IMG/VR virus record: IMGVR_UViG_3300017705_000711 | Location: 1-51,935 of that record | Direction: 5' to 3' (one strand) | Origin: a virus | Taxonomy: Duplodnaviria; Caudoviricetes | Length of the DNA: 51,935 nucleotides | In this document: positions 30,301-39,474 of the stretch, in pieces | How the letters are laid out: each line of letters starts with the position of its first letter | Numbering within the stretch: the first letter of the stretch is position 1 | Position numbers and translations under genes: made by a program | Notes under the pieces: generated by a model | What the model saw: only the letters and a program-made list of their open reading frames with translations | Told to the model about the DNA's origin: nothing | Database searches by the model: none

Positions 30301-30417
30301 ATGAACATCAAAAAACTGATTAAAAGGGGTCGCATTGCTGACCCTGCCGCTGTTGAAGAAGCTCCTGAAGCCAAAAAAGCTCCAAAAAAGAAAACTTCTA
30401 AGAAGAAAAGTAGTTAA
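30301..30417 (+). CDS. 38-aa lysine-rich peptide (not in the ORF track)
   Basis: MNIKKLIKRGRIADPAAVEEAPEAKKAPKKKTSKKKSS; TAAATA 4 nt upstream. Confidence 0.6.
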   Translation: MNIKKLIKRGRIADPAAVEEAPEAKKAPKKKTSKKKSS

Positions 30418-30448
30418 TACTTAAGCCTTGCCTTCTATAATAGAAGGT

Positions 30449-31411
30449 ATGGTAAGTTTTCTAGACGACATTTGTAAGGAGCTGGACGGAGCGTCCCTTC
30501 TTTCCACCGAGAGCCAAGTTTTCGGGTACGTAGACTCAGGCTCTAAAGTTCTTAATAAGATTATATCAGGAGAATTCGACGGAGGTTACCCGATTGGCTC
30601 AATCACAGAAATCTATGGCGAGAGTAGCACGGCGAAGACTGTGTTTCTCACTCATGCGTTCATTGGGGCGCAAAAGAAAGGGTACTATACCGTCATGGTT
30701 GATAACGAACATGCGTACTCCCCTGCTTTCGCGTCAAAGTTGGGTCTGGACTCTGAGAAGCTAATTTACGCCGAGCCTGAATCAATAGAAGACTGTTTTG
30801 CGACTATTGAGAATGTAATCCTGGCAATTAGGAAAAAGGATAAAGACACTCCCATTTTGATTGGTTACGACTCTATCGGAACATCGCCTACACGAAAGGA
30901 ATTGGATGACGATTTCGGCAAGAATTCAGAAATGGGTGGAGCTTTACGTGCTAAAGTTGCAGGTCAATGCCTTAGAAGGGTTAACCCTCTGTTGAGGAAA
31001 TATAAAGCTGGTTTGATTATCATCAACCAAGTGCGTAGTAAGGTTGGCGTGATGTTTGGAGACCCACGAACTAGAGCTGGGGGTGGGAAAGCCCTTCTGT
31101 ACTACTGTGGGACGTCTCTAGAAGCCGCTTCTGGAAAAAATGATGCGTTGTACGATGAGAGAAAGAATCCGTTAGGGATTACAGGAACCATTAAAGCAGT
31201 AAAGAACAAGATTACCAAGCCATTTCAGTCATGTGAGTTCAAACTCTTGTATGACCGTGGTCTAATGCCTGAGTTCGGATTAACGCTTGAATACTACAAA
31301 CAAGGTTTGGCGACCGTTCCTGCGAAGGGGTGGTACTCAATCGATGGTGGGAAGACTAAAAGCCGCTCCGCAGACCTAGACAAGAAAATTATGGGGGAGT
31401 TAAGTGAGTAG
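30449..31411 (+). CDS. recA: RecA/UvsX recombinase
   Basis: GGYPIGSITEIYGESSTAKT, DNEHA, YDS, INQVRSKVGVMFGDP..GGKAL.YY, VKNK; ATG 30449. Confidence 0.95.
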   Translation: MVSFLDDICKELDGASLLSTESQVFGYVDSGSKVLNKIISGEFDGGYPIGSITEIYGESSTAKTVFLTHAFIGAQKKGYYTVMVDNEHAYSPAFASKLGLDSEKLIYAEPESIEDCFATIENVILAIRKKDKDTPILIGYDSIGTSPTRKELDDDFGKNSEMGGALRAKVAGQCLRRVNPLLRKYKAGLIIINQVRSKVGVMFGDPRTRAGGGKALLYYCGTSLEAASGKNDALYDERKNPLGITGTIKAVKNKITKPFQSCEFKLLYDRGLMPEFGLTLEYYKQGLATVPAKGWYSIDGGKTKSRSADLDKKIMGELSE

Positions 31412-31856
31412 GGTTCATAGGTTAGATAAGTTTGTGGACGCTAGAGGGTGGAGCCTTAACGATATCTATAACGTAGTCCCTCAAACCCCAGATTCAAATT
31501 GGCAAATCAACTATTCAATTTTGTACCCAGGAATCATTAAAGCATGGCATAGACACAAACACCAAGATGATTATTTTTGTGTGCTTAAAGGTAACGCCCA
31601 AGTCGGTATTTTTTCAGACAAGCCTGACTCCGAAGGGAGGCTAAAGGCTCCTGAAAAACACTTTATAGGGGAGATGAACCCCCAAGTAATACATATTAAA
31701 GCGGGGGAATGGCACGGTCTAACGTGTGTGGGAGATGAACCTTGTGGTCTCCTGTATCTTGTTACTAATAAGTACAACCCTGAAGAGCCCGACGAAGAGC
31801 GCGCATCCTGGGAAAACTTTGCGCCAGAAGGCTTTTGGCTTCCTGAAAACAAATAA
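31404..31856 (+). CDS. rmlC: dTDP-4-dehydrorhamnose 3,5-epimerase-like cupin
   Basis: FVDARG, PGIIKAWHRH, GEWHG, Y.VTNKYNP. Confidence 0.82.
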   Translation: MSRVHRLDKFVDARGWSLNDIYNVVPQTPDSNWQINYSILYPGIIKAWHRHKHQDDYFCVLKGNAQVGIFSDKPDSEGRLKAPEKHFIGEMNPQVIHIKAGEWHGLTCVGDEPCGLLYLVTNKYNPEEPDEERASWENFAPEGFWLPENK

Positions 31857-31901
31857 AACCTACCGAGTGACCCTGCTATATACTTTAGAGGATAAAAATA
31901 A

Positions 31902-32240
31902 ATGAAATTCACTCCACCATCAGATACCGCAGAAAAGCATGGAAGAACTACTTCTATGAAAGCAAAGGTTAAATCCTTTCCGTTTATTCGCGTAGCGCTG
32001 CAACAGGCTGACTTTGGAACTATTTTCACAACTCCTCAATCCGACGATATTTACGTTATTACCCATGGTTCATGGGGAGATAAGTCCGCAAATAAAGTCG
32101 TTAAAAGCTTCAAACCTGACACACCCTTTGCAGATATCAAAGGGTATTCAAAAAGAACAAAAGTTAAACATGGGCGTTCAAGCACTAAGCATAAAGGAGA
32201 AGAATCTGGCGGCTACAGTGTAAAAACAAATAAAGATTAA
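31902..32240 (+). CDS. Hypothetical basic protein
   Basis: 112-aa ORF with GAGG SD and upstream CTATATA. Confidence 0.7.
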   Translation: MKFTPPSDTAEKHGRTTSMKAKVKSFPFIRVALQQADFGTIFTTPQSDDIYVITHGSWGDKSANKVVKSFKPDTPFADIKGYSKRTKVKHGRSSTKHKGEESGGYSVKTNKD

Positions 32241-32563
32241 TGTATACTCCAAAGACTTCCTATTTCTCATCAACGAGGGTTCAGAAATTAGCCAAAGAGG
32301 TTATTTCTGACTGTCGATGTGATAGAGACAGGGCGTTAGAGGCGTTTGATTACTTTAAAACTATGGTTGAGTCTAATCCGGATGACCACAAAGCGAAGAC
32401 GGAAATGAATAAAGCTTTACAACTATCACAGGATTCTAACGATAAAGTAGTTAGGATTTTAGATATGATGTTGAAGATGACTCAAACAGAAATGAAAACT
32501 GCTCCCCCAAAAAGCAATAATGATGAACTAACTTTTGCATCTTTACGAAATGGTAAAAAATAA
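32240..32563 (+). CDS. Hypothetical helical protein
   Basis: 107-aa ORF, TAATG coupling to upstream gene. Confidence 0.7.
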   Translation: MYTPKTSYFSSTRVQKLAKEVISDCRCDRDRALEAFDYFKTMVESNPDDHKAKTEMNKALQLSQDSNDKVVRILDMMLKMTQTEMKTAPPKSNNDELTFASLRNGKK

Positions 32564-33812
32564 TAAAAAAACTGAAGACTTTGTAGTCTATAGCTCTAAC
32601 ATAGACGAATTTTTAAGGCTGAGAAACTTTTCAGACGAACAGCTGGACAAATGTATCGAGAAGATTAAAGCTCTCGTTATGTCCAAGAAAAGCACAATCA
32701 GAGACTATATCAAACTACTGGTTGAGTGTATTGTTTATAATTACAAAAAGCATGTCTCTGATGGGGGTGACGAACAATATGACGCATTATTTGAAGCCGT
32801 ATTAGAAGCATACCCGATGTTCCAAATCGATTCTATCTGTGAAATGTTGAATACTCAGGCTATCGCAGACCAAATAGAGCTTAGGTCTTTAAAAGATTTA
32901 AGCCCTGCCACCTCTGTTATAAACTTGAAGGAGTTAAAGGCGATTGAGAAAGGTTTAAGTACTCGTGTGATAGGACAAGACCTCGCTATTAAAGAAGTTG
33001 TTGATACATTGAAGTTGAGGGCTGCTGGATTTTCTAGTTTTTCATCGTTCTTTTTTATTGGTCCTACGGGGGTCGGCAAGACTGAGTTGGCTCGTGCTTT
33101 AGCTGAGGGTTACTTAGGGTCTAAACGAAAGCTACTAAAGATTAATTGTGGAGAATACTCCAACCCACACGAGTATGCAAAATTGATAGGTTCCCCTCCC
33201 GGGTATATCGGGTTTAATGAGAAAGGTATTTTAAGTGAGAAAGCGGGGGAGTCTTCAGAATGGGTCATTCTTTTCGATGAAATAGAAAAGGCTAGTGGAA
33301 AGCTCCACAATCTTTTACTAGGCTTCCTAGACGATGGTACCATTCAAGACAACCACGGCACCGAACTTAATTTTAGGGACTCGGTTGTCGTGTTTACCAG
33401 TAATGTAGGCATGGAGCATGTAGGCAAAAAAACATTAGGGTTTTCTTCGTCGGAGTTGTCGTATGAGGATGTTAAATGTGATGTTATGTCTGCATTTAAA
33501 GGTAAATTTCCGCCTGAGTTCATCAACCGAATAGACCAAGTTGTACATTTTAACCAACTCACGCGAAAAGATACCGCTAAGATTGCAAAACTAAACCTTG
33601 GAGGGTTGCCTATTAAACCTACTAAGAAACTAGTTGATTGGGTTGTAGAAGGCGGGTACTCGAAAGAGTACGGGGCTCGTAATTTGAAGAGATTCATTAG
33701 AAAAAATGTAACGCTGAAACTAGCTGAAGCAATTTTGGAAGGTCCAAAACATAAACAATATATCCCTATACTTTCAAAGGGAGTTTTAAATGTGTCTGGA
33801 ATTAGCGATTAA
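32550..33812 (+). CDS. ClpA/ClpB-type AAA+ ATPase with only the second ATPase module
   Basis: RVIGQD, GPTGVGKTELA, LIGSPPGYIG, LFDEIEKA, FPPEFINRID, YGARNLKR. Confidence 0.9.
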   Translation: MVKNNKKTEDFVVYSSNIDEFLRLRNFSDEQLDKCIEKIKALVMSKKSTIRDYIKLLVECIVYNYKKHVSDGGDEQYDALFEAVLEAYPMFQIDSICEMLNTQAIADQIELRSLKDLSPATSVINLKELKAIEKGLSTRVIGQDLAIKEVVDTLKLRAAGFSSFSSFFFIGPTGVGKTELARALAEGYLGSKRKLLKINCGEYSNPHEYAKLIGSPPGYIGFNEKGILSEKAGESSEWVILFDEIEKASGKLHNLLLGFLDDGTIQDNHGTELNFRDSVVVFTSNVGMEHVGKKTLGFSSSELSYEDVKCDVMSAFKGKFPPEFINRIDQVVHFNQLTRKDTAKIAKLNLGGLPIKPTKKLVDWVVEGGYSKEYGARNLKRFIRKNVTLKLAEAILEGPKHKQYIPILSKGVLNVSGISD

Positions 33813-33840
33813 TTTTTAATATCTTTTACTATAATAAATT

Positions 33841-34572
33841 ATGAAAGGTATTGTACTCGCTGGAGGGTTAGGTTCGCGGCTAAAACCGCTGACTGACGCT
33901 ACCAATAAACATTTACTCCCTATCTACGATAGACCAATGGTGTATTACCCCATACAGACATTGGTGGATGCCGGCGTTACCGACATTATGGTCGTTACTG
34001 GCGGACCACACGCAGGGGATTTTATTAGAGTATTAAAAAATGGAGAAACGTTCGGATTACAAAAACTACACTACGCGTACCAAGAAGGGGAAGGGGGAAT
34101 CGCCCAAGCCCTCAGCATGGCGGAGACTTTTGTCGGAGGGGATAACTGTGTTGTCGTATTGGGGGATAATATTATTGCTGACGATATACGTTGCCATGTT
34201 AGGAGTTTTGATTCTATCGGTGGTTGCATGGTCTTCTCTAAAGAGGTGGGTGACCCGGAAAGATTCGGCGTGATTGAGTGGGAAGAAGGTCCTGAAGCGA
34301 AGGTTAAGGATATTATAGAAAAACCTACGTCTCCCCCTTCTAACGATGCTGTAATTGGTTTGTATATGTATGATAGTACCGTGTTCTCCAAAATTAAATC
34401 ACTTTCTCCTTCCGCGAGAGGAGAACTAGAAGTTACAGACCTAAACAGGATGTACCTTAAAGAAAAACAACTTGAAGTTCGTAGAATAACCGGCACATGG
34501 TTAGACTGTGGAACTCCTGATTCTCTGGCAGAAGCCACTTCTAAATTTTATAATGACTCAAAAGGACTCTAA
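33841..34572 (+). CDS. rmlA: Glucose-1-phosphate thymidylyltransferase
   Basis: GIVLAGGLGSRL.PLT..NKHLLPIYD, LGDN, EKP, SARGELEVTD, WLDCGT. Confidence 0.95.
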   Translation: MKGIVLAGGLGSRLKPLTDATNKHLLPIYDRPMVYYPIQTLVDAGVTDIMVVTGGPHAGDFIRVLKNGETFGLQKLHYAYQEGEGGIAQALSMAETFVGGDNCVVVLGDNIIADDIRCHVRSFDSIGGCMVFSKEVGDPERFGVIEWEEGPEAKVKDIIEKPTSPPSNDAVIGLYMYDSTVFSKIKSLSPSARGELEVTDLNRMYLKEKQLEVRRITGTWLDCGTPDSLAEATSKFYNDSKGL

Positions 34573-35515
34573 ATTAATTGTTGTTACAGGTGGGTGGGGT
34601 TTTATCGGCTCCCGGTTTGTAAAAGCGATACTCGAAAACACATCTTACAACGTAAAAGTTATTGATAAACTAACGTATGCCGGGAAGCGTACGAGAGTTT
34701 ACAACCATATAGACCCGAAATACAGGGTTCGCGTGGAGGAGGTTCGGAAAGATATTACTGACGTATCGTATGTTGATGTTTTAAACGCCGACTATATTGT
34801 AAACTTTGCCGCTGAGAGCCATGTAGATAACTCTATTAAAGACGGCAAGCCTTTTATTCGTAGTAATATTGAAGGGGTTTTTAACCTGCTAGAACAAGCG
34901 AGGAAGCTCCCTAAGCTAAAGAAGTTTGTTCAAATATCAACAGACGAAGTGTACGGGGATATGGCTGACCTAAGAGGGCGACAGGCTGCAGACGAATCCT
35001 TTAAACTTCGCCCGAGTTCTTATTACTCCGCGTCCAAAGCCTCTGCTGACCTCTTAGTAGAATCAGCGGCTAGAACGTTCGGGGTGCCTTACATTATCAC
35101 CAGAAGCTGTAATAATTTTGGACCAAACCAAGACCCTGAGAAGCTTATCCCTAAAATCTTTAAATCAATTAAGCAAGGTGAACAAGTCCCTATCTATGGA
35201 GATGGTCTCCAATCACGGGAATGGATTCACGTTGACGACAACGCCCAGGTTATTTTAGAACTAACGCTTTCCTTTGCGAAAAATGAGATTTTTAATATAG
35301 GTTCCGGGTTTCATTATAAAAATATTGAGATTGTAAACTACATAGGGGAAGCTTTAGGTAAGAAAGTTTTAAGGGAACGCGTTGATGACCGCTTAGGGCA
35401 TGATAAAGTATACCGTATAAATAATAGGAAGGTTGAACGATTGTTAGGAGAGAAAGTTTACCAAACCTTAGAAGGGTTTCTAAAGGACGAGGTTAATGAA
35501 TCTATCACAATGTAG
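34553..35515 (+). CDS. rmlB: dTDP-glucose 4,6-dehydratase
   Basis: TGGWGFIGS, DKLTYAG, FAAESHVDNSI, STDEVYG, YSASKA, EKLIP. Confidence 0.95.
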   Translation: MTQKDSKLIVVTGGWGFIGSRFVKAILENTSYNVKVIDKLTYAGKRTRVYNHIDPKYRVRVEEVRKDITDVSYVDVLNADYIVNFAAESHVDNSIKDGKPFIRSNIEGVFNLLEQARKLPKLKKFVQISTDEVYGDMADLRGRQAADESFKLRPSSYYSASKASADLLVESAARTFGVPYIITRSCNNFGPNQDPEKLIPKIFKSIKQGEQVPIYGDGLQSREWIHVDDNAQVILELTLSFAKNEIFNIGSGFHYKNIEIVNYIGEALGKKVLRERVDDRLGHDKVYRINNRKVERLLGEKVYQTLEGFLKDEVNESITM

Positions 35516-36224
35516 AGTCGTTGTTACTGGAGGAACGGGAACGTTGGGGTCTGCGTTAGTCCCTCTGTTGGAAGAAAAAGGAGCTTTCGTTATTGCTCCA
35601 ACCCGAAAAGAGATGAATATAACCGATGGACATTCCGTAGGCTCATTTTTTTCAAAAGGAAGAGGCTCTGGATGTGATATTGTTATACATTGCGCCGCTT
35701 ACACTAATGTTCCCGACGCGCAGTTGCCTGCGAACCACCGTAAAGTTATTAATACCAATATCTTAGGTACTGGGTATATTTCATCCTGGGCTAAGCAAAA
35801 CCACTTTAAAATGGCTTATATATCCACAGATTACGTTTACGAAGGGGTTAAAGGAAATTATGAAATAACGGATATCCCAAAACCGTTTTGCTTCTATGGT
35901 TATAGTAAGTTAGCAGGAGAAAGTTTCGTTCCAAGTAATGGTTTAGTGCTTAGAACTTCATTTTTGCCACGTGGGTACTGGGGGGAAGATGCTTTAAAAA
36001 TGGTGTTTTCGGACGTTTATACCTCCAAAGATTGGGTAGATGTAATTGCAGCAAAGATTATTGAAAGGCTTGGTGACCGGGGAGTATATACTATTGGAAC
36101 CGAGAGAAAGCTTCTAAAAGACCTCGCAATCCAGGAATACCCAGAAGTAGAAGAGGTAGAGGTGGGCACATTAAATTTTGTGTATAAATATCCAAAAGAT
36201 TCTTCTATGAGGGTAGATACTTAA
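35496..36224 (+). CDS. rmlD: dTDP-4-dehydrorhamnose reductase-like
   Basis: TGGTGTLG, HCAAYT, ISTDYVY, YGYSKLAGE, LRTS. Confidence 0.88.
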   Translation: MNLSQCRVVVTGGTGTLGSALVPLLEEKGAFVIAPTRKEMNITDGHSVGSFFSKGRGSGCDIVIHCAAYTNVPDAQLPANHRKVINTNILGTGYISSWAKQNHFKMAYISTDYVYEGVKGNYEITDIPKPFCFYGYSKLAGESFVPSNGLVLRTSFLPRGYWGEDALKMVFSDVYTSKDWVDVIAAKIIERLGDRGVYTIGTERKLLKDLAIQEYPEVEEVEVGTLNFVYKYPKDSSMRVDT

Positions 36225-36234
36225 GAGAACCACC

Positions 36235-36633
36235 ATGACAAACTTACACATCAACCCTCGAGCACACCATCCTGAGACCCAAAGAGGTCTTATGCCTCTT
36301 GACGTAACCAGCGTAACGCTTTCTGATTCCGCAACAATGATTCTAGACACCTCTATCGGGGATACTGAACAGTTGTACCTGTGGGGAGTTTGCTTTCAAA
36401 CCTCCTCTACTGGTTTAGTGGTAGCGTCTATCAAGAGCCATGACGAAGCGTATGAGTACATGAAGGTCGCTGCTACAGCGAACGCCGCGTTTAACGTTAT
36501 GTTCCCAATGCCTGTTAAGATAACGAGGGGAGAGGGTATACAAGCGGTGAAGGTAAATACCGGCTTGGGCAACAACCAATTAGACGACACCGTCAGCCAG
36601 TTAACCTTATTCTATACACGAATTAACCAATAA
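36235..36633 (+). CDS. Hypothetical beta-rich protein, possibly virion-associated
   Basis: 132 aa; resembles the C-terminal domain of the next gene. Confidence 0.7.
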   Translation: MTNLHINPRAHHPETQRGLMPLDVTSVTLSDSATMILDTSIGDTEQLYLWGVCFQTSSTGLVVASIKSHDEAYEYMKVAATANAAFNVMFPMPVKITRGEGIQAVKVNTGLGNNQLDDTVSQLTLFYTRINQ

Positions 36634-36636
36634 GGT

Positions 36637-37470
36637 ATGGCAGATAGCGTTGTAAATGTATCAGGGTATGACACATCGTACGGTATAGACGCGTATTTGG
36701 TACATGCTACACCCACCACATCTGATTACCGGCAAATCGTATCTATTGGTGGAGACTCTTCTGGCGCAGGTAGTACAGCTACGGTTACCGGGGGCTCCCT
36801 AACCACGTCTAGCCATGATGCCACGGTGTATACCAAGCTTACAGAAATAGATACAGCTATAGACACGATTGACGGGGTGTTAGATAATATTTTAACAAAG
36901 AATACAGAGATTGATACTGTGTTAGACACCATTAAAATAGACACTGCCGCAGTTAAGTTAGACATGAATGCTATTAAGGTAGACACAGCTGCTAACGAAG
37001 TGTTACTTACAGCTATCGATACTGTACTGGATACTATTAAAATAGATACAGAAGCTATTGAAACAGCTGTAGAGGGAACTTTAGATGTCGCAGTCCAACC
37101 TTCTACCTCAGCATACTTGAGCCATGTATACATTGATTTAGATTCCAACGGGGATAACCCTGCAACTAACACCGAAGTGGTAGCTGCTCCTGGCGCAAGT
37201 AATAAGTTGGTCATCTATGGGGTACAGGGGAGTTTGGTCGCAGGAGGGGCTAGTGATTATGGCAATTGGTATCTATCTGACGGGAATACGTCTGCTGCGA
37301 CAACTTTATGGACAGGAAGAGCTCAGGGAATTACTAACACACATTTTGAGCTAACATTCCCTTATGGGGTAGCACTAACTGCTAATACAGCCTTAAAGCT
37401 TACATCCACGGAAGGCTCAGGTAATATCTTTATAAACGCTACAATTTACTACAGAACTGAAGCCACATAA
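36637..37470 (+). CDS. Hypothetical fibre/spike-like protein with heptad repeats
   Basis: IDTVLDTIKIDT repeated; Ser/Thr/Gly-rich; beta-rich C-terminal domain. Confidence 0.7.
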   Translation: MADSVVNVSGYDTSYGIDAYLVHATPTTSDYRQIVSIGGDSSGAGSTATVTGGSLTTSSHDATVYTKLTEIDTAIDTIDGVLDNILTKNTEIDTVLDTIKIDTAAVKLDMNAIKVDTAANEVLLTAIDTVLDTIKIDTEAIETAVEGTLDVAVQPSTSAYLSHVYIDLDSNGDNPATNTEVVAAPGASNKLVIYGVQGSLVAGGASDYGNWYLSDGNTSAATTLWTGRAQGITNTHFELTFPYGVALTANTALKLTSTEGSGNIFINATIYYRTEAT

Positions 37471-37483
37471 ACTATAATAACGT

Positions 37484-37828
37484 ATGCTTACATCATTAAT
37501 TCTAACATTCTTCATGAATGTATACATAAACCCGGACTTGGTTAGGTACGGGGACTTTCATACGTTTAAAGAAGGAGATAAGGTTGCGGTTGTAGATAGT
37601 AAAAAGGTATATGAAAGTTTTAAAGAATATAAAATCATTCTGAAAGAGAACTTAAAGCCAGGAACCGCTAGGTATACCCATTTGATGAGTACTTGTACCA
37701 CAAAATATAAGAATTTATTAAAAAAGCACGCCTACGGTCAGTACGTGTTGGTTGTAGAGCTTGGTGGCGTTAAAGATTACAAAACAACAAACATTACTCA
37801 TTCAATTATAGGCACCAAAGTACTATAA
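37484..37828 (+). CDS. Hypothetical protein with hydrophobic N-terminus
   Basis: 114 aa; TATAAT 5 nt before ATG. Confidence 0.7.
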   Translation: MLTSLILTFFMNVYINPDLVRYGDFHTFKEGDKVAVVDSKKVYESFKEYKIILKENLKPGTARYTHLMSTCTTKYKNLLKKHAYGQYVLVVELGGVKDYKTTNITHSIIGTKVL

Positions 37829-37834
37829 TAGTAT

Positions 37835-38035
37835 ATGGAAGGTAAAAAGTTTAAAGTACGCGTGAACGGAGATTTAACTACCGACACATTTAATAGTCTA
37901 CAAGAAGCTATGACATGGGTAGAAGCGTTCGCTGTAGGGGTTAAAGAAGTAGTAATCGAAACTATTGATGTACCCCCCTCCAACGTCGGAATCCACGATG
38001 TGAATCAGGATGATGACAACCTTTTACTGGGCTAA
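37835..38035 (+). CDS. Hypothetical protein
   Basis: 66 aa; TATAAT 5 nt before ATG. Confidence 0.7.
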   Translation: MEGKKFKVRVNGDLTTDTFNSLQEAMTWVEAFAVGVKEVVIETIDVPPSNVGIHDVNQDDDNLLLG

Positions 38036-38112
38036 GCACTCGTAGCTCAGCTGGATAGAGCATCGGACTTCTAATCCGACGGTCAGAGGTTCAAATCCTC
38101 TCGAGTGTGCCA
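38036..38112 (+). tRNA. tRNA-Arg(UCU) with encoded CCA
   Basis: Acceptor gcactcg/cgagtgt, D-arm agctcagctggatagagc, anticodon arm tcgga-ctTCTaa-tccga, T-loop ggttcaaatcc, 3' CCA. Confidence 0.97.
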
Positions 38113-38132
38113 AAACAACTAAATACATAACT

Positions 38133-38348
38133 ATGTGGAAAACAATTCTAAATAATATCAATACTCTCATCTTAGCGAACTGGAAAGCTCTTTTCATGTT
38201 TGTACTGGGAGCTCTCGTAGGAACATTCCTAATTTCATGTGCCATGACCAACAAAATCGTTGACGGAACCCAAGAGGTTCTAACTGACGGGGTTGAGTGG
38301 GTTATGGAAGGACATGCTGACGAAGTTGAGACACCAACTAGCGATTAA
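38133..38348 (+). CDS. Small membrane or lipoprotein-like protein
   Basis: Hydrophobic stretch ending LISC; CTAAATA upstream. Confidence 0.65.
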   Translation: MWKTILNNINTLILANWKALFMFVLGALVGTFLISCAMTNKIVDGTQEVLTDGVEWVMEGHADEVETPTSD

Positions 38349-38350
38349 GC

Positions 38351-38530
38351 ATGCCTCAAATCAGAGAAACCGATAAATTCGAGTTTCATGGCGTTAAATG
38401 TGCCGTGTGTGCGCTTAACAAAGATATAAAAATCCCAAAGGGTACTCTTGGCACACATAAATCCTTCACTAAAAAAGGAGAATATGTGTGCCCCGAGTGT
38501 ATTAAAGACAGTAAAAAGAAGAAACCTTAA
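38351..38530 (+). CDS. 59-aa zinc-finger protein (not in the ORF track)
   Basis: MPQIRETDKFEFHGVKCAVC...YVCPECIKDSKKKKP; fills the gap between neighbours. Confidence 0.65.
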   Translation: MPQIRETDKFEFHGVKCAVCALNKDIKIPKGTLGTHKSFTKKGEYVCPECIKDSKKKKP

Positions 38531-38532
38531 AT

Positions 38533-39474
38533 ATGGAATATCAAGACAGCCCGTTTATTAGATATCTTGTACCTGTAGTGAAAGAGTCAAAACTCATGAG
38601 CTCTCGGACTAATAGGAAGTTTTTTGATGCGATGTGGAATAATTTAAATGAGGTAGGTCTTCCTTGTGGAGGTATAGAACTAACCCTTAAAAAGGAAGGA
38701 TTCCACTTAGACCAAGCAACTGTATGTCTAGGTAAAGTGGACACACAGGTTGCTGTCGCCGAACATGGTTTTAAAAAAGTCAAACCTAAGGACGAGGTAT
38801 GGCACAGCCATTCCCCTGGACTATTTAAAAAGTTTGTGGGGCTTGCGATAGACCGTTCTAAGCGGGCGTATACAAAAGAGCAGGTTGAAGGGGATATTAA
38901 TTCACTTACATATGTATCTAAAAAAGTCAAAACTCAGGCTATAAAGTTTGCGAATAAAGTTATTGAAAACGGACACAAGGTTTTATGTTTAGGAATGCCT
39001 GTATCTTGGAACCCTTTTGGGAACAAGATTAAAGTTTACTGTCTTCCAAAAACACACAAAAAAGGCGCAGTTTACTATTCTGATGTAGTATCCTTCGCAA
39101 AAGAAATGGGCTGTTCCGAGAACTTGGAAATACTTTCTGATTTGTATGATTTAGAAGATGCGCAAACCCGTTATATATCTTTCGATATAGACAATAAAGG
39201 GGTAAAGAACAAAATTGGAGTAGAGGTCTGCTCCGAACACACGGATTTCTGTTTTAGCATTGTAGACTGGCTGAAAGTCAAAAACTTCACTAATGAATCC
39301 CACTCTATAAAATCCCCTAACGGGTTTCACCACTTAAAACTCACATTCTCCAAGGGGAGAATAACACCCAAACTGTATTTCAGCATAGGATATGAAAGAT
39401 TTAAAGCACAACAACCCAAAGTCGTTAACAGCAACACAGGTCGTCCTGTCAACATCTCAAAAAGTCAAAACTAA
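38533..39474 (+). CDS. Hypothetical protein (313 aa)
   Basis: Long ORF; C-terminal HHLKLTF...PKLYF. Confidence 0.75.
   Translation: MEYQDSPFIRYLVPVVKESKLMSSRTNRKFFDAMWNNLNEVGLPCGGIELTLKKEGFHLDQATVCLGKVDTQVAVAEHGFKKVKPKDEVWHSHSPGLFKKFVGLAIDRSKRAYTKEQVEGDINSLTYVSKKVKTQAIKFANKVIENGHKVLCLGMPVSWNPFGNKIKVYCLPKTHKKGAVYYSDVVSFAKEMGCSENLEILSDLYDLEDAQTRYISFDIDNKGVKNKIGVEVCSEHTDFCFSIVDWLKVKNFTNESHSIKSPNGFHHLKLTFSKGRITPKLYFSIGYERFKAQQPKVVNSNTGRPVNISKSQN

Noticed and set aside
38024-38254. 76-aa minus-strand ORF
   Set aside because: Antisense translation of the tRNA-Arg gene and its neighbour
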